A stretch of 64,000 nt of DNA. It comes from Schmidtea polychroa (Eukaryota). The stretch covers positions 26,784,001 through 26,848,000 of the forward strand of contig CM097887.1 of the NCBI GenBank assembly GCA_044892525.1, read 5' to 3'. A model generated the notes under the pieces. That model made no database searches. It had not been told where the DNA came from and saw only the letters and a list, made by a program, of their open reading frames with translations. Below are positions 38,473-51,046 of this stretch, in pieces. How positions within the stretch are numbered: position 1 is the stretch's first letter; each line of letters starts with the position of its first letter. The position numbers were made by a program, and so were the translations under genes.

Positions 38473-40283
38473 ATGACAAATTATAAGTAATATATTAAGT
38501 CAAATTTATTTAAATGCTTTGCAATACTTTCAGCTTTATCCCTTCCATTGCATATTTTGAGTAATGAAAAAAACTAATGAGTGTTAATTGAATAAATATA
38601 TTTTATTCAGTCATTAAATTACATTTAAAATATAATTGTTTTGTTAATAGACCCCAAACAGTACTGAGTACGAGCTACTATGTCCCGGCTTCAAATCAGT
38701 GCAAAGGCAAAGAATCAAATATCTCTGTAGGGCTTCAAGTAAGATCTTAATATATTACATTAGATAAATTATTATTATTAATTATGATGATTTTTAATTA
38801 TTATTTTATTATATTATAAATATAATTTAGACAGAAACACCGGAACCAAGATTATTAACGAGGTCCAAATCAACGACAGGTTTAAGCCAAGAAAATAACT
38901 TTTTCCAGAGACTTAGAGATGCCAATTGCTCGGCATATAAAGGAAGTATTTCAGAGAATATAATACCAACTTATAGATCGCCGTATTTGAAAGAAGTTCC
39001 AATTTACAGAACTGGCAGGATGGGAGCTTGCTGGAGACATTTGAAGCGTGTTACTGGACCAAACGGAGAAAATATTATGTTTATCGATGGTATGAAAGAT
39101 TAAATTGTTATAGATTTTGATGATGATAATAATAATAATAAAGCTACTAAAAATGTCTTATGATAAATAACTATACTTTTAGGCACTGTAAAAGAATCAG
39201 ATTGTAATAATTACCCTCCTCATGGTTATCCAGCTGTAAGGATCTCCCCGAAGCCATTTCTAAGCAAATTGGACATTCAGAATTATCTGATTCGTCCAAA
39301 ATCCACATTACATTCGCGATTGGATGAAAATCATCGCAAAACTATTCCAGTTGAGACGAATTTGACATTTCGTGAGAGTGAAATGCGACATTCCAACCTG
39401 CGATCAAATTCAGCATATTCAGAGATCTCGAAACATTGCAATTATAGAAAAGGTGAATTTGTATTTTCTTCTTTCAAATCATTTATTATTTTCTTATCCT
39501 TGATTCCCTTTCATTTAGCTTTCGACTTTCTATTAATGTTTTTTGTTTTAACACAAATTTCTCGACACTGCTTTTTTAAGTCTTATTTCGAAAGGTAAAA
39601 TTTCAAAAAAAGTATTCATTTTTTGGATTCAGTAGAAGTAAGATCTGACGTAATAACGCAACACTTTCTGCATTCGTATTTTTGTAGACTTTCAGTTATC
39701 GTGGCTTTTCAATTGTGAACAATTATGTTTTTTGTAGTCGGAATTTAATAACTATAAATATAAATGTGTAAAGATTTATATACACTTAACTCTATTTTAC
39801 ACGATTTTGAAATAACTCAGCCCAAAAAAAAAGAATGAAAATTTACACGAATTATTTGTTCTACCACGATTACCAGAAACAATAATACCAGCGCCGTACT
39901 ATGGCAAGTGCACCAAGTACAATTGCACTGGGCCCCAAATATTAAATACATTAGTAAAACTTCTCATATTGCAAAATATATTACTAATTGAATGAAAAAA
40001 CAATGAAAATTCAAAATTGTAATTTGCAATGATATAATTGATGAATTTGCCAGCGAGAGCTAGGAAATTGCTTACTAATTTCTTTGTATTATTTTTTAAA
40101 TTAAAATCAATAAAAATTAATGCAATAAAAGCCAAAAAAAAATTATTGTTTGCACAGGTCCCCGAAAAGTTACAGAACATGGCTGAATTATACACTCAAC
40201 TCTTTTTATACTCGATTTTCTATATTTTTTTAATAGCATGGTCTTTTAAATTAATTTTTTTCTATGTTATTTTACACGTTTAA
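38473..40283 (+). CDS. Unknown multi-exon protein-coding gene (exons 1-5 well supported, later exons tentative)
   Basis: Exons 38473-38486, 38534-38560, 38651-38738, 38831-39089 and 39183-39452 join in one open frame across GT-AG introns of 47, 90, 92 and 93 bp (MTNYNFIPSIAYFEPQTVL...RMGACWRHLKRVTG...DGTVKESDCNNYPPHGYP...). Candidate further exons near 39880-39957 and 40158-40283 give a hydrophobic C-terminus. Confidence 0.65.
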
Positions 40284-40399
40284 TGTGGAACATCCACCTT
40301 GTAAAATGATGTTGAGGATACCTAAATAACAATTTATAAATAAATAAATAAAATTACCTGGGGAAGATCGCCATGACAAACGGGACGATCTATGGGAAC

Positions 40400-40980
40400 T
40401 CAGAAAAGAAAAGGAAAGTAAATAGAAATGAGAAATGAGAAGGATAAAGGAAATAAAAGGAATCAAACATGAAAATAAAATACAAGGTCAGTACTAACTA
40501 ATTAATACAAAAAGGAAAAGGAATTTTGAAATCAGGAAAAAAGGAAAACAACAATATTCTTATCTCGACAGCTTGCTAGTGATAAAGTAATGGCTGGGAG
40601 AATGCGGTCATACAAAAAAGGAAAAGGGGAAAATAACTTGACAGCAGTCAGAGATAAAAATGGAACAGTCGGGGAAAGCAGAAGAAAGGAAGTGGAAAAC
40701 ACTTGATTATCTTGAGTGCCACAAGAAAAGCAAACTATATAAAGGAAAACTGGTGGACACAAGAATAGAACAAAATTTGGAAAAGTAGGAACAAACATTG
40801 AGACAATTTGTGAGACAATTCGGGAGAGAAAATTTACAACGTCAAACGAAACGTTATTGAAGATACGATTGTGAAAAAGAATTGTAAAGAAAATAATTGT
40901 GATGAATAATTGGTGGAGAAGATTTGAATTAAGAATTAGTTGAAAAATCAAACGATTGCTAATATCAAACATAAAATCAT
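40400..40980 (+). pseudogene. Non-LTR (LINE) ORF2 endonuclease-RT linker relic
   Basis: Purine-rich; frame KENWWTQE*NKIWKSRNK...YNVKRNVIEDTIVKK resembles PWWxxExxxxxxxRxK...Y...I...K. Many stops. Confidence 0.3.
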
Positions 40981-41138
40981 GCCTTTATATATATACATAT
41001 ATATATTAACGAACACAAAGTTTAAGAATCGAAATTACTTTAAAAGGTTTTTATATATTAATATAGAAAAAATGAAAATATAAAATATAAAATACAGATG
41101 TTTAAAATATAAAATATAAACTACAGTTTTAAATTATA

Positions 41139-41700
41139 TTAGGTTGGTAAATAAAGAATGTCGCGCAATATGAACAAGGCATTTGGCCCGAATACAACTT
41201 AACGAGCTTACAAAGTATATAAATGAAAAGGAGAGACTTGAAAATGAAATGCATGGGTACCGACCATCCGCTCTTAACAACGACTAATAAAATACATTAG
41301 TTGAAGCTAAAGAGTTAATAGAGAATTAACTGTAACACATTTAACAGTTCTGAATCATCTCAGAGCCAAACGAAAAAATTAGATAAATGGTTACCGAACA
41401 AATTGCAGTTATGAAGTGTCGTCGGCGCTGATTAACTCAACCGCATCATAATGTGTGATGAGAAATGGATCCCGTACAATAACCGACAACGATCGGCTAG
41501 ATGGTTGGATCAAAATGAATCACCGAAATATTTTGCAAAACAGAAATTGCATCAAAAAGGTAATGTTGTCCGTTTAGTGGTCACGAGCCGATTTGATTCA
41601 TCACAGTTTCCCTTAATGAAGTAAGACAGTTACGGCGGAGATATATGTTCGTGAAATCGATAAAATGCATAATAAATTTCAGCGAATGTGGCCAGCTTTA
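41139..41700 (+). mobile_element. Mariner transposon, decayed 5' part
   Basis: TA|TTAGGTTGGT end; DKWLP and IMCDEKWIPYNNRQRSARWLDQNESPKYFAKQKLHQK mariner catalytic-region motifs. Confidence 0.85.
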
Positions 41701-41739
41701 GTCTTCATAAAGGTCCCAATACAACTTCAAAAACTGCAC

Positions 41740-41872
41740 TTTTTTTGAAAAAAGATATTGTGAAAACGGAAAGACGGGAGATTTACATCTCTCGGGTCAT
41801 AGTTAACCGGGAGACAGGAGACGAAAGCCGATTTCGAGAGACTCCCGGCAAAAACGGGAGAGTTGGCAAGCC
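41740..41872. mobile_element. hAT (Blackjack-like) terminal fragment interrupting the mariner
   Basis: Reverse complement AGGCTTGCCAACTCTCCCGTTTTTGCCGGGAG with repeated CCCG/CGGG subterminal motifs. Confidence 0.55.
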
Positions 41873-42513
41873 TAAACCTAATATATGAGAATATTTTAAA
41901 CATTGCAATTTTAAAATGTGTGTTAAAATTGTCGTTACCAGAATTATTATTCGTTTCGAAAATATGTATTTCAATAATTGTGATTGTGAGATTACTAAAT
42001 TAAATTTCGAAATATTTATTGGAAACAAATTTATTGAAAACCTTTGACTTATGACTGAAGAATTATATGTTATGGTATCCAATATGTGTGACATCATTTT
42101 AAACGAGATCAACAAGTAAGTATCTCTTATTGGACTTTGAAAAAGTGACTTAACAAAGGTAAGTTTGTAGAATAAAGTGTAAAGAAAATATTGCTTTTCT
42201 TTTCGTCATTTTTTACTAATACGAATGATTGCAAAGAGAAAAGCATAGTTTGTGGGAAACGGTAAATATTCAAAGCCTCCATACCCTACTTGTTTTGATC
42301 TAAAATATACCGTTCCTGTTGGTTTCTTTTAGCACCTAGTCCGGGTACTTATTGAACCCATCACGTTATAAACTAAATTTTATTCAAATTCAACTATTTT
42401 CTATTTATTTTTCTGGGTTTTTAGATAATGCGCAGCACTTTCATATTCATTTGCAGGTAAAATTATTTGTCAGGAGTTTGAATGTTGTACCTGGGTATGT
42501 TGTCTAGATTTAT

Positions 42514-42580
42514 CAAGGTTTCTCAACCTTTATAACCCTGTAGAACCCTTGAAATATTATAGATATTTCAAGAAACCCTT
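42514..42580 (+). mobile_element. hAT-Charlie-like terminal repeat
   Basis: CAAGGTTTCTCAACCTTT followed by gaacccttg...gaaaccctt, with tctaga nearby upstream. Confidence 0.4.
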
Positions 42581-43984
42581 ACATAAAACTAGGTGTGTCA
42601 TTACTAAAATCTTTCTCTTTTATTAAACTTACAGTTCATAAGATAAACATAATAATATTTTTTATTCAGTGGATAACTTTACAAAAATAACTCAAGTACT
42701 TCTCAACTGTATTGACTATATAAAAAATGCATTTACATATAAATGGTCTTTTCATCATAATTCCGGGCGGATCTCCTAATGAGTTTTTACTGAATCTCAA
42801 GTTACCGAAAAGCCCAGGTTGAAAACTTCGGGGTTCAATTTTTTTATTGTGGAAATTATTTTTAAATAATTCATTAAATATGTCAAAAAGCTGTGAGAAT
42901 GTCAAATTTAAAACTTATAAAAATTTTTTAATACTTTAATACTTTAATAAATGTGGTAAATTTAAAAATCAGCCGATAATTAAAAATGCAATGTGAAATT
43001 TTTATAGAACATTGGGAAAGACTGAAGAGTTTATTAAAAATTAAAATCGTGGAATTCTTAAAGAACAATTTTATAAGAAAAAAGATTTTACGGAATTTGT
43101 ATGTATGAAATTGGATTAATATTGAAATAATCATTGACAAATTGCTTTAATCCTCTGGATTGATGCTGATCAAAATATGTACTGGAATAAATCACCTCCA
43201 AAAAATCAATTATTAAGAATTCAGAAATCAATAATTGCAATGTTATAATAACTTTCCGTTATCAATAAATAATATTGTCGAGTAAATATTTGACCGATAA
43301 ATATATNNNNNNNNNNNNNNNNNNNNNNNNNNNNNNNNNNNNNNNNNNNNNNNNNNNNNNNNNNNNNNNNNNNNNNNNNNNNNNNNNNNNNNNNNNNNNN
43401 NNNNNNNNNNNNNNNNNNNNNNNNNNNNNNNNNNNNNNNNNNNNNNNNNNNNNNNNNNNNNNNNNNNNNNNNNNNNNNNNNNNNNNNNNNNNNNNNNNNN
43501 NNNNNNNNNNNNNNNNNNNNNNNNNNNNNNNNNNNNNNNNNNNNNNNNNNNNNNNNNNNNNNNNNNNNNNNNNNNNNNNNNNNNNNNNNNNNNNNNNNNN
43601 NNNNNNNNNNNNNNNNNNNNNNNNNNNNNNNNNNNNNNNNNNNNNNNNNNNNNNNNNNNNNNNNNNNNNNNNNNNNNNNNNNNNNNNNNNNNNNNNNNNN
43701 NNNNNNNNNNNNNNNNNNNNNNNNNNNNNNNNNNNNNNNNNNNNNNNNNNNNNNNNNNNNNNNNNNNNNNNNNNNNNNNNNNNNNNNNNNNNNNNNNNNN
43801 NNNNNNNNNNNNNNNNNNNNNNNNNNNNNNNNNNNNNNNNNNNNNNNNNNNNNNNNNNNNNNNNNNNNNNNNNNNNNNNNNNNNNNNNNNNNNNNNNNNN
43901 NNNNNNNNNNNNNNNNNNNNNNNNNNNNNNNNNNNNNNNNNNNNNNNNNNNNNNNNNNNNNNNNNNNNNNNNNNNNNNNNNNNN

Positions 43985-45613
43985 TACTATAAATCAGCAA
44001 TATATCGATGTTTGTTGATACTCATGAATTTTCGGCACTGCCTTTTTCAAGTGAATTTGATCATTATTACATTAAATAATTTTTGTTGGGGATAATAAAT
44101 TTATTTCGTATTTTATAATAAATTTATTGGTTTAATTATGTTCTATTTATATTTTATTTTAATTACCCAAAAAATATATTTCCTATTTTTTTAAAATTTT
44201 AAATTCTATAATTTAATTAAATTTTTAATTCTTTAATAAAAAAAACGTTTTTTTATATTTTAAATTTAATATCTAATTAATTATTAATTTAAGTATTAAT
44301 TTAGTTGAATGTTGATGGACGGTTTAAGTTTTTTGACGTAAAGAGTCTCAGCAGCTAATCTCTGCAATGAGTTTTTGAACACATCTTGTAATATTTTGCA
44401 TTTTGTTTCGTGTAAGAGTGGTGCTGATTTGTGCACGTTTTTCCAGTGTTCGTGATAATTGCTGGTTTTGCTCTTGACGTGTTCGTTGAGTCTTGTTTGG
44501 AACGTTCTACGTGTTCTGCCTATGTACGATAAAAATTGGGCGAATATGAACTGGCAGCACCATATTGCGAATGTAAGCTCTGTTTGTGTTGCATGTCCTA
44601 TTGTTTAAAAAGGGAAGCGTAGGTATATTACTCGTAGATATATTATACAAGAAACCCTAGAAAACTTTAAAACACGGTTTTTACAAAATGGATACATAAA
44701 AGAGTTCGTAGAAAAATACTTCTTGAGTGAATATAACTATAATAGGCATAATACACAAAAAAAACATGTCAATAAGCGAGTAATATACCTACGCTTCCCT
44801 TTTTTAAACAATAGGACATGTAACACAATCAGAGCTTACATTCGCAATATGGTGCTGCCAGTTCATATTCGCCCAATTTTTATAACTGCTGCACCTTTGA
44901 AATCACAGCTTCGTAAGTCTCAAAAATCTCTAACATCAAACCTATTTCATCGAGATTGTATATGCCAATCCTCCACCAAATGTTTTTGCTTCTCAAAGAA
45001 CATTGTTTACAAATTACTTGCACAAGATGTAACGCATCGTACATAGGCGGAACACGTAGAACGTTCCAAACAAAACTCAACGAACACGTCAAGAGCAAAA
45101 CCAGCTATTATCACGAACACTGGAAAAACGTGCACAAATCAGCACCACTCTTACACGAAACAAAATGCAAAATATTACAAGATGTGTTCAAAAACTCATT
45201 GCAGAGATTAGCTGCTGAGACTCTTTACGTCAAAAAACTTAAACCGTCCATCAACATTCAACTAAATTAATACTTAAATTAATAATTAATTAGATATTAA
45301 ATTTAAAATATAAAAAAACGTTTTTTTTATTAAAGAATTAAAAATTTAATTAAATTATAGAATTTTAAATATATTTTTTGGGTAATTAAAATAAAATATA
45401 AATAGAACATAATTAAACCAATAAATTTATTATAAAATACGAAATAAATTTATTATCCCCAACAATAATTATTTAATGTAATAATGATCAAATTCACTTG
45501 AAAAAGGCAGTGCCGAAAATTCATGAGTATCAACAAACATCGATATATTGCTGATTTATAGTGTTCAAGCTCTCTTTTTAATTCAATGGATAAAGTAATC
45601 AGTGTTGAAATTG
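43985..45613. mobile_element. Penelope-like element: 5'-truncated plus-strand copy (about 44635-45613) joined head-to-head to an inverted, internally deleted copy (43985-44634)
   Basis: Plus strand: FLQNGYIKEF, VIYLRFPFL, NIVYK/TCTRCNASYIGGTRR...LNEH...LAAETLYVKKLKPSINIQ (GIY-YIG, one frameshift), then an AT-rich 3' UTR and pseudo-LTR. The minus copy mirrors it but lacks about 155 bp. Confidence 0.9.
45492..45528 (+). ncRNA. Variant minimal hammerhead (family H2, U3-A8 core); mirror copy at 44020-44056 (-)
   Basis: AUUCAC-UUGAAAA-A-GGC(AGU)GCC-GAAA-AUU-C-AUGAGU. The copy at 3540-3560 supplies GUGAAU, a perfect partner for AUUCAC. Located in the PLE pseudo-LTR. Confidence 0.6.
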
Positions 45614-47099
45614 NNNNNNNNNNNNNNNNNNNNNNNNNNNNNNNNNNNNNNNNNNNNNNNNNNNNNNNNNNNNNNNNNNNNNNNNNNNNNNNNNNNNNNN
45701 NNNNNNNNNNNNNNNNNNNNNNNNNNNNNNNNNNNNNNNNNNNNNNNNNNNNNNNNNNNNNNNNNNNNNNNNTTGGTAGCAGCATTTATTATTTAAAACA
45801 ATAAAATGATAATTTAAGCCTTTTGCTGCAAATAATGTATTTAATGAAAGAATTTTCGACNNNNNNNNNNNNNNNNNNNNNNNNNNNNNNNNNNNNNNNN
45901 NNNNNNNNNNNNNNNNNNNNNNNNNNNNNNNNNNNNNNNNNNNNNNNNNNNNNNNNNNNNNNNNNNNNNNNNNNNNNNNNNNNNNNNNNNNNNNNNNNNN
46001 NNNNNNNNNNNNNNNNNNNNNNNNNNNNNNNNNNNNNNTGTTTAGCTATACCCGCATGAGCTGAAACAGCTGAGTGAAATTCAAAATCACGGGGGAAAAT
46101 AAAATTCTTCCATTAAGTTGAAACAATTCTAGAATAAATTTATTTTCTTATTGTTTTTGATTGTTGATTTTTTATTGTCTTAGAAATTTTTTAGAAGATT
46201 TTTAATATCGTCAGTGAGAAGATTCGAAATAAAATTTAGTTGGTTAATTAAGTAAATTTTTTAACTGCAAATCTTTGAACGTGAGCTTTTAAATGACCAT
46301 ATAGATGCAGTACACTTCTCCTTTTGACCAACGTTGAAGGTGTTCTCTTCGATTTCTTATTAACTTGAATAAGTAGTAAATACTCCAAATTAGACTTGAT
46401 GAAAGATCCTTTGGTAGTATCACTATTTGTTTTAATAGTTTTTAGGATCAGACCTGATCTACTGAGATAACTTGTCATTTATATCGGAAAATCTGTGACC
46501 ACAACTAACTTTAAATGAAATTTCTTGAACCAAGCTGACATGTTTAGTTTTACAATGGAAATTCAAATGTAAATATAGAGGGGTAAGGGGCATATTTAAA
46601 CAGAGAATTTTATTTAATATTGATTTCCAAAAAATTCCCCTAATATAAAGATTTATATCCGAGTTTCCTGGAAATTACAACTAGCGGAAAATGAGAAGTG
46701 CTAGTACATAGGCGACAGTATTTAATAAATAACCCGGATTATTAAAACTTAGATTTATCTGTAATTGTAATTTCCCTAAGAATCTGACACATAGACTCCT
46801 CTCAAGTATAAATCCGACAGTTTATCAAAAATTTCGACAATATCAAAAATGGGCTCCTTTACTCTATGTGCTAACGAGTGATATGAGGAGAGAAATATGT
46901 CAGTGAAATATGTTGGTGTCACATAAATATGTTGGGTTTTATGATACTAAAAAGTCGACCTTGAGTTATTCTGACTCCACATGTCCCAAAATTGATAAAC
47001 ACAAACTCCCAACTTATATTTATTTTATAGCAAATTTACGATTCTCAATAAATAATTACAACTTTTAGTTAACCATGATGTTGCTCCTAATTTCCGATT

Positions 47100-47750
47100 G
47101 AACTTCGCTTTAGAAAGTCTCGACCTTGAGCGATTTAAAAATAAGTTTCACCTTTTTATTTGATATTCCACTCTCTGATTCGAACTCCTTTAATGCTCCT
47201 TTTCTAACTCTTCAATTCCTTTTCTTCTTTTTCTTGACTTTGTTCCTCAAATTCCTATTATCAGTTTCTTCTTCCCTACCTATTATCTGAATTTGGAGTT
47301 TCCTTATATACTCCCATAATCGTTGTAATTGCCCCATTTTTGACCTAATTGGTTTTGACTTCCTTAGATATCGTTCTCTAATTAGTTATTTCTGTTGACC
47401 CTCTTAGTAATTCCCCTTCTTTTGTTTACGCTCGTTTATTGTCACGTTAATTGTCGCGCTCAGGTTTTCTTCATCACTCTTTCTAAACATTTTCTAACAA
47501 TTTCTTGCTCAGTGTCTTCTTCACCATCCCCTAATCTACCCTCTCCCGTTTTCCAGCTTCAATTTCGATAAAATTTCACTTTATTCAACTTCCTCAGGTT
47601 TGCGCATTTTTCCATTTCATGTTTGATAGTTGTTTTACTTTTTATAGTTCTGTTTTTATCATATCTTTCTTTGCCATCACTTCTCTGCTTGACCGCCATT
47701 CAATTTCGGTTTTCCTTTTATTCAGAACTATTCAATTTGATATAATTTAA
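47100..47750 (-). mobile_element. Strand-skewed decayed retroelement-like (gag-like, K/E-rich) region
   Basis: Pyrimidine-rich plus strand; minus strand gives K/E/R-rich fragments broken by stops, with TGGCG near its 5' side. No diagnostic motif. Confidence 0.2.
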
Positions 47751-50700
47751 TAATTTACTTTTAAAACCTCAACAGATATACATTTACTAAAAATCGAGAG
47801 AGTATTAGAATAATACAAATCAATTAATTAATTAATTGAAAATTTGTTGACATCATAAAACCTACCACCAGACACGCAAAATTCACCAAGTTGGGCAGGC
47901 ACAATAGAGGCCAGTTAGATTAGAGCCTGACATCAGTAATTAATTATAATTTTAGTTTTTTATCGTTCATGTAATATATAGACGGTCGATTTGATAATGA
48001 ACTGGGAAATTTTAACTGTGCCATGCCAATATAAAAAACGATCAGAAATCGAAGAAAGGATCATAGTAGTATTTAGTTTGCCAGATAAAACAAAATTTCT
48101 GGTTTGAAGTTTGGAAACAAATATTTATCACTTTTTTCAAAGCATCAGCTATTATAAAGAAAAACGTTCGGAAAAGGTTTTTGTCGATATATTGTGATTT
48201 TAATAAAAATATATAAACTTTGTTATTTGTTGGGTTCTGTGTTTTAATTGAATGAACGTACTGAATCCAAGTAAAGGTATGTTAGGTTTGTATAGTGGGA
48301 TACGACTAACATAATTCAATCTGACTCCAAAATTTATATGCGTGCTCAAATTAGTTTCTTTTGAAAGACAAATATTTCAATATGTTTTGAAACTTTATTT
48401 TCAAATACTAGACTAAACAAGAAATAAATAAATATAAAAATATACTACTGTTGCTTTTTGAAGGAAAGAGAATCGGTTATTTCAAAACGTCTTAAAGAGT
48501 TACTTCTAAGAATCAAGGCCGGTCAAAATTTGCACCAACAGGCCTGTCAATGTGAGGAGAACAAATTTAAAAGTTTACAAGCAAAAGTAAAACAACTTTA
48601 ACTTACATAAACAAATTGATTTTTTCATAAATCATTATAAATTAAAAAAATATAATATTCACCGATCAACGAAAATTAAATTTCATAGTTCACTACTGAT
48701 CATAAAAAGTAACAATTAATTTTTAAACTCCCAATTCATTCAGATATCCCAATCAAATTATTCGTTCGTTATTTCTTGGATCCATATTTGATTTATGTAC
48801 TGGTTGGATAACGAATCTATTCGGGTTCATATTCTTGTTAGGATTTATTACATTATTTCGCGAATTATAAGCGAATTATTGGAATTATTGGAATATCTTT
48901 GAAAATACAGAACCATTTCAACATCTTGGCTCAAGCGGAGAGATTTTGAGAATTTACATGTTCATGAATTCCAATGCAAGATATTACGCTACTTGGGTTA
49001 ATTACTTCTGAAACAGAATTACTTTGCAGAACTAAATTTGACTGTGTCTTTCCCATATGAAATTGTGGCGATTGCGAACGGGGAATGGATAATAATAACA
49101 TGGCATCGAATTTGCCTTCTTCGTCTGAGATTGATTAATAGAGCCTGATTGATAATAAGAAGTATTAGCTGATTGCATGAATTTTGATTGACTCTAGGAA
49201 TGAGTTAGAGTAGACTGAAATGTTCCAACTAATGTGCTGTTATAGGTGATATTTGATTGGCCATAATTGTGTTATAATTGATCATTATTCGTTAATGATT
49301 GTCCATTTAGGCTACGTTCCGTTTTTGTATATGATATTTATATAGATTTTGTTAAGGCCATGTAACGACTCACTACAATTGGCTAATACTTTTCCTAACT
49401 ATCCCTTCTCAAAATTCTTTCTGAGTAACAAAAAGATTAATGATGCTCCGTTTTATATAAAGAGAATTTATTTTAAACTAGTGCAAATAAATACTGCGTA
49501 CCACGATAGGATCCAAATAATTTCCAAAAGACTAATGTCGTTGTTGAATGATTCCAAGCGATGGCAAATCGATATCGATTGTATTGCTATTTGTATAGAA
49601 CTCTCGTGTGTTTTGATCGGAAACAATTATAATGATCTGATATGGATTACTGACTAGTTCAATCGATTTGAATTTCAAAATTATAATTTAAAAAATTTTT
49701 TGTGAAAATCTTCTTAAGTGAATATTTAAATATTCTTTTTTATAAATAGTAATATTAATTAAATTACTATTATTACTTATTTCTATATATAGTAATATTA
49801 AATTATTTTAAATACACCTAATTCTGTTTTAACACGCTAGATACGTTCCTAAAAAATTCGTGTAAACAAAGATATTGGCTGAATGGAAAAATAGTAGATT
49901 GGTTCCATACCTAAATAAGCAACAAAAGTACAATAAACAAACAAAAGTATAATAATAAATATAAAAAAATCCTTGTTAAAATTCACAAAAGAATTTATTT
50001 TTCGTGCTTACACATTTTAATTCATTAAATATATTATATAAAAAAATGATTTGGAAAATAGAAAATAATATCAGAAATTCGTTAATGTAAAAGAAGTAAA
50101 AATAATATAAACATAACAAATTTTTATTCATTGTCATTTTCTGACACACTTATACGTTTGCGTACGACTGCCATATCATTGCTATCACTCGAATTATTTT
50201 GTTCATCGACTTGGGAAATTATTTTTGTATTATTATTACTAGTCTCCTGTGTTGATCATTCAAAGTATATTACGTTTTTACTTTATGTATATTTCGTGGA
50301 ATCCCACCCAAATAGAAAACATACCCATATAATGGACATAATCTAACTGAATTCTGAAGAATGTAATGCGAAGTTAAAATGTATGTATACATAATTTGTG
50401 AAAGATGAAAATAAAAAAAATTAATAGAACATCAAAAAAGAATTCATAGAATATTGAAAATCGTGTTAAAACAAAATAATTCGTGTAAAAACTGAATTAG
50501 GTGTACTTATTGTTTATCTATGGTAATATTAAATTACTAATAATATTCCTAGATTGTCAAAAATATTAAAAATGATGATTCGCGTTGTTCCCGCTCCTCC
50601 TGAATCCAACAGGTAAATCTTACCAATATTATTTATGAACCCAACAAATATTAAAGTACACTTTTGCAAGAAGAAACTTTTAGTCTGAGCGGCTTCTACC

Positions 50701-51046
50701 CGATGATGAAAATGAACCTGTTGTATATTATATAAGTGATGTTCTAATGCTGTTTTATTGTTTACTATAGACATATATTAATAAAATATCTTCTTCGTTT
50801 TGTTAAATTTGTAAACTGAAAATCATTTTTCGCTTGAGATGATTTCCCGTATGGATTAGCTTCTTGTTTATTTGGTAACAAAAATTGGAACAGTTGTGAT
50901 TTTGTTGTAAAAATAAAACTTGGTTTTTTATTCTAATCGAGAACAAGAGGAAGTGGATCATAAGCTCTTTTCTATCGAATTGTGATATTAAATCAACAGC
51001 ATTGACTTAATGTCCCTTAAAAACTTAATTAATTAGATTTAATGTA

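Noticed and set aside
39101-39103. TAA as the true stop of the unknown gene (133 aa)
   Set aside because: A gtatga donor at 39090 and an acceptor at 39182 continue the frame for another 90 codons, so the stop is probably intronic.
40532-40972. 146-aa minus-strand ORF with CFSCG (zinc-knuckle-like)
   Set aside because: F/L/I-rich composition is the expected antisense shadow of a purine-rich plus strand; the CCHC motif is incomplete.
2516-46059. Many listed ORFs containing long X runs
   Set aside because: They are open only because they cross N gaps; the real flanking codons are short and uninformative.
50529-50774. LLDSG as a retroviral protease motif in an 81-aa ORF
   Set aside because: A lone short motif with no supporting gag/pol context; could be chance.
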